Assembly: GCF_022045235.1 (NCBI RefSeq)
Contig: NW_027266275.1
Span: 51,832,001 to 51,896,000 of the forward strand
Length of the DNA: 64,000 nucleotides
Reading direction: 5' to 3'
DNA from: Haliotis cracherodii
Taxonomy: Eukaryota
Part shown: in pieces, positions 9,913 to 22,087 of the stretch
How the letters are laid out: the number at the start of each line of letters is the position of its first letter
How positions within the stretch are numbered: position 1 is the stretch's first letter
The notes under the pieces: generated by a model
What the model saw: only the letters and a program-made list of their open reading frames with translations
Database searches by the model: none
What the model was told of the DNA's origin: nothing
Position numbers and translations under genes: made by a program

Positions 9913-11685
9913 CTTTCCACATAACCGCTCTTTGCCCATTTTGGCGTATTTTTAGGCACATACATTTTGGCCCAACTTTCACTTTCGTTTCGGCAAACCT
10001 CTTGGCTTATTGGAATCGCACAAGACTATACGTTCTATACAATTTTGGCCCGTTTTTGGATCTCTCTTGGGGCATATTTCTTTCGGCTTTCTGTTATCTG
10101 AATAAATGTTTCTGTAATGTATACACAAGTTGTCTGCTTTGTCTACAGTGCTTCATCCTTACAGCTAATAATATCTGGGCGACAGCAGCATCGCAATATA
10201 GGCATCTGGCCAAATCCCAAGGTTCCCGAACATGAGACATAAATTCATATGGATATAGTTAATCAGTGAATGTTGCCCCTATATTGCTGTTCTGCTGTGT
10301 CCCAATGTCATGATCTGTACTGAGCAGAAGATTTCTGAATAGGTGGGGGCTACCTTAAGATTTGACACTTCTAAGTTTTTATGTGGCGACAATTGTGACA
10401 CGGGATATTTTCCGAGGATAGCTCTCTTGGACACTTTGTTATTGAAGAATTTTAATATTCCAATAAACTAGCTAATCATTTCTAATGAAACAATGATTGT
10501 GGCTTCCTACTGATGGAGTTCGAATCGAGAATTGCCTTTCTTCTCTAAAACACAAGTGTCGCCACATAGGATATATTACGAGCACTTCACCATCTAATAC
10601 CGGTAGTCGGACAAGGGATTGAGAGTGATCTCCCTTCGCCCCAGACAATATTGGATTCCACTCGTCTCTTCATTGTGGCCTTCCAGAAATCGACTTCACT
10701 GCTGTTCCTTTGGCCCGTGATCTTCAGAAAAAGCAGAGGGCATGCTTTTATACCTAGGCTGTCGCCAGGTGCAAGTAAAAAGCCTATGTTGACACCTACT
10801 TGTATGCAAGAGTAGATTAATACAAATATGACGTAATATTCGTATCTGGCATTCTACAAAAATACATAAATGATAGGAGGGGTCTGAATTCGTCCCCTGT
10901 ACGTCCACATCAGCGTTTTCAAAATGGAACGGACAATTGGATTTCTCTGACTGTGAGTGTGTGGGTGGGAAGGATTTTATCAGAAAAAAATAAATTGTCT
11001 CAGAAATTGATTGAAAAATAATTATGCTTCAGACTGTTGAACAAAAAGAACATGTCGGCCACCAAAAATAAATTGTTGCAAGGTGTGCTTTTTTTAAACA
11101 AAAGTTTTATTTAGGCTCATAGTTTATACCTGGTTTTGCATCCGTAGATGAAAAAATATATAGTTTCCCTCACATTCTAAAAATACTAGCCCACTAGCCC
11201 GTGTCAGTTTGTCGAATGTAAATGGTATTGTGGAGGCTGGTATAACAGAGGTTTCTTATATGGTATCGCTATTCGGCCCAGCCAACGTTTAAGGTTAATG
11301 TCTACAAGTGATGATCCATAGGAAAATGAACAAAATTCGTCCTGTTCCGAGTAATGGAGGCACGAAAAACACCCAGTTTCACCAGCACGTTTTTCAAACT
11401 CTAAACTGATGTATGCAACGTTTCAGTTGTAAGTTACAACTTATAATTAAGCCTGGTGTTCAGACGAAATAAACCCGTCTGTTTTCAGCCTCTGCAATGC
11501 CATTAGGCTTGACCACGCCGGAAGCTGTCGATTAGACTCGTTCTGAGTCCTCGAACTCGGTAACGTAGTTACTGTTGCCGTTACCGACGTCCCTTCTGTT
11601 TACAACAGAAAAACGATCGCATTTGCTCCGCTGACCTCTACGTTTCGCTCACTGCTGTATCTTTCCAAGTGTGCCTTCTTCCAAG

Positions 11686-12675
11686 ATGAACACAAGGCTT
11701 CACATTCAAGGTATTTAAGGTCACAATTATTCCACTTAACAGTATTAAGATGTTAAATTAGATGTGAAATTGGTCGTTGTTAGGCAGCAGTATCGGGACT
11801 GAAGATGGCGGCCGCCATTTGCAATTGTCTTAATTGAAAATTTTTGATTGTAAACTTGACATGTGGTGTCTTAGATGAAACCTGTTCGTTCATTATAGTG
11901 TCAAGCGATGTAGTCCAGATGTAAGATAACCTGTATTACGTGAAAAGCAGCTGTTTGGCCCATTTTATTGGTTAATGGTGGTCTTGCAGCACAGCCTGTA
12001 AAGCCCACATACACTTGGAATTCGCATTGTCAAAAGGCCGAGGTCTAGTGACATATTGTAGTTGTCAGAGGACGTAAGTTGTGATTTTGTAAACGCAGCC
12101 GCCGGCGTACATTTAACTAAACCTAGCTTTCGTTTTTCTTTTTCAGCTCGGGAGGACATAATTCGCTATTATGGCACTCCTGCGGCTGTGAGTTTGTGGC
12201 CGTCTCAGGATGAGGAGTCCGACTGTGTATGTAGTTTTACATGCCCTCCCTGTCACTTCTTCCTTCTATTATAGCCCCTGTTTTATTGTACATTAAGTCT
12301 GACAAGTCCCTATAATAAACTGTGATTCGTTTTCTTTGCAAACGTATCCCGTATTCTGTCTCACGTGCCTCCCTTTGTCCCTCTCTCCACCCCCTCGATG
12401 TGTAGCGTTCCCTGGCTGTGTCCCCTTCCCGTTGTCCCGACCCCCTGAGCGTCTTCACTCCGTTCTGGGCCCGCCCTGTCTACGGTGAGACGCTCCCTGC
12501 CCCCGTCACCATTAACCACGCTGATCACTACCCTGCCCCAAGTGACGACGATGACAGTGACTACTGGGTGTACGAGGATGAGGACGACCACAGCTTTGTG
12601 GATGACAGAGAGATTCACCCCTTTAGAAAGGCGCTGACGAGAGCTGCTGCCTTCTTTAGGAAGATCTTCTCTTAG
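11686..12675 (+). CDS. Array gene copy 4 (exons 11686-11710, 12147-12187, 12406-12675)
   Basis: Intact; synonymous CAT>CAC shared with copy 2. Confidence 0.72.
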
Positions 12676-14730
12676 ACTCCTTATCCTTTTAATGTCTGAA
12701 TGCGTTCGAGTGAGTGAGTGAATGAGCATGTGTGTATGTATGTGTGCGTATGTGAGAGTAAATGAAAGATTGAATGAGCATGTGTTCGTGTAAGTGTGTA
12801 AGTGTGTGTGTGTGTGTGTGTGTGTGACTGAATGAATAAGCATGTATGTATGTGTGTGAGAGAGGAAGAGGGTATGTATGTTAGAGATGAGAGTTAGAGT
12901 GAATTAACGAGTACATATATGTCTGTATAAGAGAGAGAGAGAGAGAGAGAGAGTACCTTTCCACATAACCGCTCTTTGCCCATTTTGGCGTATTTTTAGG
13001 CACATACATTTTGGCCCAACTTTCACTTTCGTTTCGGCAAACCTCTTGGCTTATTGGAATCGCACAAGACTATACGTTCTATACAATTTTGGCCCGTTTT
13101 TGGATCTCTCTTGAGGCATATTTCTTTCGGCTTTCTGTTATCTGAATAAATGTTTCTGTAATGTATACACAAGTTGTCTGCTTTGTCTACAGTGTTTCAT
13201 CCTTACAGCTAATAATATCTGGGCGACAGCAGCATCGCAATATAGGCATCTGGCCAAATCCCAAGGTTCCCGAACATGAGACATAAATTCATATGGATAT
13301 AGTTAATCAGTGAATGTTGCCCCTATATTGCTGTTCTGCTGTGTCCCAATGTCATGATCTGTACTGAGCAGAAGATTTCTGAATAGGTGGGGGCTACCTT
13401 AAGATTTGACACTTCTAAATTTTTATGTGGCGACAATTGTGACACGGGATATTTTCCGAGGATAGCTCTCTTGGACACTTTGTTATTGAAGAATTTTAAT
13501 ATTCCAATAAACTAGCTAATCATTTCTAATGAAACAATGATTGTGGCTTCCTATTGATGGAGTTCGAATCGAGAATTGCCTTTCTTCTCTAAAACACAAG
13601 TGTCGCCACATAGGATATATTACGAGCACTTCACCATCTAATACCGGTAGTCGGACAAGGGATTGAGAGTGATCTCCCTTCGCCCCAGACAATATTGGAT
13701 TCCACTCGTCTCTTCATTGTGGCCTTCCAGAAATCGACTTCACTGCTGTTCCTTTGGCCCGTGATCTTCAGAAAAAGCAGAGGGCATGCTTTTATACCTA
13801 GGCTGTCGCCAGGTGCAAGTAAAAAGCCTATGTTGACACCTACTTGTATGCAAGAGTAGATTAATACAAATATGACGTAATATTCGTATCTGGCATTCTA
13901 CAAAAATACATAAATGATAGAAGGGGTCTGAATTCGTCCCCTGTACGCCCACCTCAGCGTTTTCAAAATGGAACGGACAATTGGATTTCTCTGACTGTGA
14001 GTGTGTGGGTGGGAAGGATTTTATCAGAAAAAAATAAATTGTCTCAGAAATTGATTGAAAAATAATTATGCTTCAGACTGTTGAACAAAAAGAACATGTC
14101 GGCCACCAAAAATAAATTGTTGCAAGGTGTGCTTTTTTTAAACAAAAGTTTTATTTAGGCTCATAGTTTATACCTGGTTTTGCATCCGTAGATGAAAAAA
14201 TATATAGTTTCCCTCACATTCTAAAAATACTAGCCCACTAGCCCGTGTCAGTTTGTCGAATGTAAATGGTATTGTGGAGGCTGGTATAACAGAGGTTTCT
14301 TATATGGTATCGCTATTCGGCCCAGCCAACGTTTAAGGTTAATGTCTACAAGTGATGATCCATAGGAAAATGAACAAAATTCGCCCTGTTCCGAGTAATG
14401 GAGGCACGAAAAACACCCACTTTTCACCAGCACGTTTTTCAAACTCTAAACTGATGTATGCAACGTTTCAGTTGTAAGTTACAACTTATAATTAAGCCTG
14501 GTGTTCAGACGAAATAAACCCGTCTGTTTTCAGCCTCTGCAATGCCATTAGGCTTGACCACTCCGGAAGCTGTCGATGAGCCACGTTCTGAGTCCTCGAA
14601 CTCGGTAACGTAGTTACCGTTGCCGTTACCGACGTCCCTTCTGTTTACAACAGAAAAACGATCGCATTTGCTCCGCTGACCTCTACGTTTCGCTCACTGC
14701 TGTATCTTTCCAAGTGTGCCTTCTTCCAAG

Positions 14731-15720
14731 ATGAACACAAGGCTTCACATTCAAGGTATTTAAGGTCACAATTATTCCACTTAACAGTATTAAGATGTTA
14801 AATTAGATGTGAAATTGGTCGTTGTTAGGCAGCAGTATCGGGACTGAAGATGGCGGCCGCCATTTGCAATTGTCTTAATTGAAAATTTTTGATTGTAAAC
14901 TTGACATGTGGTGTCTTAGATGAAACCTGTTCGTTCATTATAGTGTCAAGCGACGTAGTCCAGATGTAAGATAACCTGTATTACGTGAAAAGCAGCTGTT
15001 TGGCCCATTTTATTGGTTAATGGTGGTCTTGCAGCACAGCCTGTAAAGCCCACATACACTTGGAATTCGCATTGTCAAAAGGCCGAGGTCTAGTGACATA
15101 TTGTAGTTGTCAGAAGACGTAAGTTGTGATTTTGTAAACGCAGCCGCCGGCGTACATTTAACTGAACCTAGCTTTCGTTTTTCTTTTTCAGCTCGGGAGG
15201 ACATAATTCGCTATTATGGCACTCCTGCGGCTGTGAGTTTGTGGCCGTCTCAGGATGAGGAGTCCGACTGTGTATGTAGTTTTACATGCCCTCCCTGTCA
15301 CTTCTTCCTTCTATTATAGCCCCTGTTTTATTGTACATTAAGTCTGCCCAGTCCCTATAATAAACTGTGATTCGTTTTCTTTGCAAACGTATCCCGTATT
15401 CTGTCTCACATGCCTCCCTTTGTCCCTCTCTCCACCCCCTCGATGTGTAGCGTTCCCTGGCTGTGTCCCCTTCCCGTTGTCCCGACCCCCTGAGCGTCTT
15501 CACTCCGTTCTGGGCCCGCCCTGTCTACGGTGAGACGCTCCCTGCCCCCGTCACCATTAACCACGCTGATCACTACCCTGCCCCAAGTGACGACGATGAC
15601 AGTGACTACTGGGTGTACGAGGATGAGGACGACCACAGCTTTGTGGATGACAGAGAGATTCATCCCTTTAGAAAGGCGCTGACGAGAGCTGCTGCCTTCT
15701 TTAGGAAGATCTTCTCTTAG
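14731..15720 (+). CDS. Array gene copy 5 (exons 14731-14755, 15192-15232, 15451-15720)
   Basis: Intact ATG, splice sites and stop. Confidence 0.72.
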
Positions 15721-15951
15721 ACTCCTTATCCTTTTAATGTCTGAATGCGTTCGAGTGAGTGAGTGAATGAGCATGTGTGTATGTATGTGTGCGTATGTGA
15801 GAGTAAATGAAAGATTGAATGAGCATGTGTTCGTGTAAGTGTGTGTGTGTGACTGAATGAATAAGCATGTATGTATGTGTGTGTGAGAGGAAGAGGGTAT
15901 GTATGTTAGAAATGAGAGTTAGAGTGCATTTACGAGTACATATATGTCTGT

Positions 15952-15995
<44 letters not shown>

Positions 15996-17766
15996 CTTTC
16001 CACATAACCGCTCTTTGCGCATTTTGGCGTATTTTTAGGCACATACATTTTGGCCCAACTTTCACTTTCGTTTCGGCAAACCTCTTGGCTTATTGGAATC
16101 GCACAAGACTATACGTTCTATACAATTTTGGCCCGTTTTTGGATCTCTCTTGAGGCATATTTCTTTCGGCTTTCTGTTATCTGAATAAATGTTTCTGTAA
16201 TGTATACACAAGTTGTCTGTTTTGTCTACAGTGTTTCATCCTTACAGCTAATAATATCTGGGCGACAGCAGCATCGCAATATAGGCATCTGGCCAAATCC
16301 CAAGGTTCCCGAACATGAGACAAATTCATATGGATATAGTTAATCAGTGAATGTTGCCCCTATATTGCTGTTCTGCTGTGTCCCAATGTCATGATCTGTA
16401 CTGAGCAGAAGATTTCTGAATAGGTGGGGGCTACCTTAAGATTTGACACTTCTAAATTTTTATGTGGCGACAATTGTGACACGGGATATTTTCCGAGGAT
16501 AGCTCTCTTGGACACTTTGTTATTGAAGAATTTTAATATTCCAATAAACTAGCTAATCATTTCTAATGAAACAATGATTGTGGCTTCCTATTGATGGAGT
16601 TCGAATCGAGAATTGCCTTTCTTCTCTAAAACACAAGTGTCGCCACATAGGATATATTACGAGCACTTCACCATCTAATACCGGTAGTCGGACAAGGGAT
16701 TGAGAGTGATCTCCCTTCGCCCCAGACAATATTGGATTCCACTCGTCTCTTCATTGTGGCCTTCCAGAAATCGACTTCACTGCTGTTCCTTTGGCCCGTG
16801 ATCTTCAGAAAAAGCAGAGGGCATGCTTTTATACATAGGCTGTCGCCAGGTGCAAGTAAAAAGCCTATGTTGACACCTACTTGTATGCAAGAGTAGATTA
16901 ATACAAATATGACGTAATATTCGTATCTGGCATTCTACAAAAATACATAAATGATAGAAGGGGTCTGAATTCGTCCCCTGTACGTCCACCTCAGCGTTTT
17001 CAAAATGGAACGGACAATTGGATTTCTCTGACTGTGAGTGTGTGGGTGGGAAGGATTTTATCAGAAAAAAATAAATTGTCTCAGAAATTGATTGAAAAAT
17101 AATTATGCTTCAGACTGTTGAACAAAAAGAACATGTCGGCCACCAAAAATAAATTGTTGCAAGGTGTGCTTTTTTTAAACAAAAGTTTTATTTAGGCTCA
17201 TAGTTTATACCTGGTTTTGCATCCGTAGATGAAAAAATATATAGTTTCCCTCACATTCTAAAAATACTAGCCCACTAGCCCGTGTCAGTTTGTCGAATGT
17301 AAATGGTATTGTGGAGGCTGGTATAACAGAGGTTTCTTATATGGTATCGCTATTCGGCCCAGCCAACGTTTAAGGTTAATGTCTACAAGTGATGATCCAT
17401 AGGAAAATGAACAAAATTCGCCCTGTTCCGAGTAATGGAGGCACGAAAAACACCCAGTTTCACCAGCACGTTTTTCAAACTCTAAACTGATGTATGCAAC
17501 GTTTCAGTTGTAAGTTACAACTTATAATTAAGCCTGGTGTTCAGACGAAATAAACCCGTCTGTTTTCAGCCTCTGCAATGCCATTAGGCTTGACCACGCC
17601 GGAAGCTGTCGATTAGACTCGTTCTGAGTCCTCGAACTCGGTAACGTAGTTACCGTTGCCGTTACCTACGTCACTTCTGGTTACAACAGAAAAACGATCG
17701 CATTTGCTCCGCTGACCTCTACGTTTCGCTCACTGCTGTATCTTTCCAAGTGTGCCTTCTTCCAAG

Positions 17767-18756
17767 ATGAACTCAAGGCTTCACATTCAAGGTATTTAAG
17801 GTCACAATTATTCCACTTAACAGTATTAAGATGTTAAATTAGATGTGAAATTGGTCGTTGTTAGGCAGCAGTATCGGGACTGAAGATGGCGGCCGCCATT
17901 TGCAATTGTCTTAATTGAAAATTTTTGATTGTAAACTTGACATGTGGTGTCTTAGATGAAACCTGTTCGTTCATTATAGTGTCAAGCGATGTAGTCCAGA
18001 TGTAAGATAACCTGTATTACGTGAAAAGCAGCTGTTTGGCCCATTTTATTGGTTAATGGTGGTCTTGCAGCACAGCCTGTAAAGCCCACATACACTTGGA
18101 ATTCGCATTGTCAAAAGGCCGAGGTCTAGTGACATATTGTAGTTGTCAGAGGACGTAAGTTGTGATTTTGTAAACGCAGCCGCCGGCGTACATTTAACTG
18201 AACCTAGCTTTCGTTTTTCTTTTTCAGCTCGGGAGGACATAATTCGCTATTATGGCACTCCTGCGGCTGTGAGTTTGTGGCCGTCTCAGGATGAGGAGTC
18301 CGACTGTGTATGTAGTTTTACATGCCCTCCCTGTCACTTCTTCCTTCTATTATAGCCCCTGTTTTATTGTACATTAAGTCTGCCCAGTCCCTATAATAAA
18401 CTGTGATTCGTTTTCTTTGCAAACGTATCCCGTATTCTGTCTCACATGCCTCCCTTTGTCCCTCTCTCCACCCCCTCGATGTGTAGCGTTCCCTGGCTGT
18501 GTCCCCTTCCCGTTGTCCCGACCCCCTGAGCGTCTTCACTCCGTTCTGGGCCCGCCCTGTCTACGGTGAGACGCTCCCTGCCCCCGTCACCATTAACCAC
18601 GCTGATCACTACCCTGCCCCAAGTGACGACGATGACAGTGACTACTGGGTGTACGAGGATGAGGACGACCACAGCTTTGTGGATGACAGAGAGATTCATC
18701 CCTTTAGAAAGGCGCTGACGAGAGCTGCTGCCTTCTTTAGGAAGATCTTCTCTTAG
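17767..18756 (+). CDS. Array gene copy 6 (exons 17767-17791, 18228-18268, 18487-18756)
   Basis: Intact; codon 3 is ACA>TCA (T3S). Confidence 0.72.
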
Positions 18757-20796
18757 ACTCCTTATCCTTTTAATGTCTGAATGCGTTCGAGTGAGTGAGT
18801 GAATGAGCATGTGTGTATGTATGTGTGCGTATGTGAGAGTAAATGAAAGATTGAATGAGCATGTGTTCGTGTAAGTGTGTGTGTGTGTGTGTGTGACTGA
18901 ATGAATAAGCATGTATGTATGTGTGTGTGAGAGGAAGAGGGTATGTATGTTAGAAATGAGAGTTAGAGTGCATTTACGAGTACATATATGTCTGTATAAG
19001 AGAGAGAGAGAGAGAGAGAGAGTACCTTTCCACATAACCGCTCTTTGCGCATTTTGGCGTATTTTTAGGCACATACATTTTGGCCCAACTTTCACTTTCG
19101 TTTCGGCAAACCTCTTGGCTTATTGGAATCGCACAAGACTATACGTTCTATACAATTTTGGCCCGTTTTTGGATCTCTCTTGGGGCATATTTCTTTCGGC
19201 TTTCTGTTATCTGAATAAATGTTTCTGTAATGTATACACAAGTTGTCTGTTTTGTCTACAGTGTTTCATCCTTACAGCTAATAATATCTGGGCGACAGCA
19301 GCATCGCAATATAGGCATCTGGCCAAATCCCAAGGTTCCCGAACATGAGACAAATTCATATGGATATAGTTAATCAGTGAATGTTGCCCCTATATTGCTG
19401 TTCTGCTGTGTCCCAATGTCATGATCTGTACTGAGCAGAAGATTTCTGAATAGGTGGGGGCTACCTTAAGATTTGACACTTCTAAATTTTTATGTGGCGA
19501 CAATTGTGACACGGGATATTTTCCGAGGATAGCTCTCTTGGACACTTTGTTATTGAAGAATTTTAATATTCCAATAAACTAGCTAATCATTTCTAATGAA
19601 ACAATGATTGTGGCTTCCTATTGATGGAGTTCGAATCGAGAATTGCCTTTCTTCTCTAAAACACAAGTGTCGCCACATAGGATATATTACGAGCACTTCA
19701 CCATCTAATACCGGTAGTCGGACAAGGGATTGAGAGTGATCTCCCTTCGCCCCAGACAATATTGGATTCCACTCGTCTCTTCATTGTGGCCTTCCAGAAA
19801 TCGACTTCACTGCTGTTCCTTTGGCCCGTGATCTTCAGAAAAAGCAGAGGGCATGCTTTTATACATAGGCTGTCGCCAGGTGCAAGTAAAAAGCCTATGT
19901 TGACACCTACTTGTATGCAAGAGTAGATTAATACAAATATGACGTAATATTCGTATCTGGCATTCTACAAAAATACATAAATGATAGAAGGGGTCTGAAT
20001 TCGTCCCCTGTACGTCCACCTCAGCGTTTTCAAAATGGAACGGACAATTGGATTTCTCTGACTGTGAGTGTGTGGGTGGGAAGGATTTTATCAGAAAAAA
20101 ATAAATTGTCTCAGAAATTGATTGAAAAATAATTATGCTTCAGACTGTTGAACAAAAAGAACATGTCGGCCACCAAAAATAAATTGTTGCAAGGTGTGCT
20201 TTTTTTAAACAAAAGTTTTATTTAGGCTCATAGTTTATACCTGGTTTTGCATCCGTAGATGAAAAAATATATAGTTTCCCTCACATTCTAAAAATACTAG
20301 CCCACTAGCCCGTGTCAGTTTGTCGAATGTAAATGGTATTGTGGAGGCTGGTATAACAGAGGTTTCTTATATGGTATCGCTATTCGGCCCAGCCAACGTT
20401 TAAGGTTAATGTCTACAAGTGATGATCCATAGGAAAATGAACAAAATTCGCCCTGTTCCGAGTAATGGAGGCACGAAAAACACCCAGTTTCACCAGCACG
20501 TTTTTCAAACTCTAAACTGATGTATGCAACGTTTCAGTTGTAAGTTACAACTTATAATTAAGCCTGGTGTTCAGACGAAATAAACCCGTCTGTTTTCAGC
20601 CTCTGCAATGCCATTAGGCTTGACCACGCCGGAAGCTGTCGATTAGACTCGTTCTGAGTCCTCGAACTCGGTAACGTAGTTACCGTTGCCGTTACCTACG
20701 TCACTTCTGGTTACAACAGAAAAACGATCGCATTTGCTCCGCTGACCTCTACGTTTCGCTCACTGCTGTATCTTTCCAAGTGTGCCTTCTTCCAAG

Positions 20797-21786
20797 ATGA
20801 ACTCAAGGCTTCACATTCAAGGTATTTAAGGTCACAATTATTCCACTTAACAGTATTAAGATGTTAAATTAGATGTGAAATTGGTCGTTGTTAGGCAGCA
20901 GTATCGGGACTGAAGATGGCGGCCGCCATTTGCAATTGTCTTAATTGAAAATTTTTGATTGTAAACTTGACATGTGGTGTCTTAGATGAAACCTGTTCGT
21001 TCATTATAGTGTCAAGCGATGTAGTCCAGATGTAAGATAACCTGTATTACGTGAAAAGCAGCTGTTTGGCCCATTTTATTGGTTAATGGTGGTCTTGCAG
21101 CACAGCCTGTAAAGCCCACATACACTTGGAATTCGCATTGTCAAAAGGCCGAGGTCTAGTGACATATTGTAGTTGTCAGAGGACGTAAGTTGTGATTTTG
21201 TAAACGCAGCCGCCGGCGTACATTTAACTGAACCTAGCTTTCGTTTTTCTTTTTCAGCTCGGGAGGACATAATTCGCTATTATGGCACTCCTGCGGCTGT
21301 GAGTTTGTGGCCGTCTCAGGATGAGGAGTCCGACTGTGTATGTAGTTTTACATGCCCTCCCTGTCACTTCTTCCTTCTATTATAGCCCCTGTTTTATTGT
21401 ACATTAAGTCTGCCCAGTCCCTATAATAAACTGTGATTCGTTTTCTTTGCAAACGTATCCCGTATTCTGTCTCACATGCCTCCCTTTGTCCCTCTCTCCA
21501 CCCCCTCGATGTGTAGCGTTCCCTGGCTGTGTCCCCTTCCCGTTGTCCCGACCCCCTGAGCGTCTTCACTCCGTTCTGGGCCCGCCCTGTCTACGGTGAG
21601 ACGCTCCCTGCCCCCGTCACCATTAACCACGCTGATCACTACCCTGCCCCAAGTGACGACGATGACAGTGACTACTGGGTGTACGAGGATGAGGACGACC
21701 ACAGCTTTGTGGATGACAGAGAGATTCATCCCTTTAGAAAGGCGCTGACGAGAGCTGCTGCCTTCTTTAGGAAGATCTTCTCTTAG
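20797..21786 (+). CDS. Array gene copy 7 (exons 20797-20821, 21258-21298, 21517-21786)
   Basis: Intact; T3S shared with copy 6. Confidence 0.72.
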
Positions 21787-22031
21787 ACTCCTTATCCTTT
21801 TCATGTCTGAATGCGTTCGAGTGAGTGAGTGAATGAGCATGTGTGTATGTATGTGTGCGTATGTGAGAGTAAATGAAAGATTGAATGAGCATGTGTTCGT
21901 GTAAGTGTGTGTGTGTGTGTGTGTGTGTGTGACTGAATGAATAAGCATGTATGTATGTGTGTGTGAGAGGAAGAGGGTATGTATGTTAGAAATGAGAGTT
22001 AGAGTGCATTTACGAGTACATATATGTCTGT

Positions 22032-22087
<56 letters not shown>

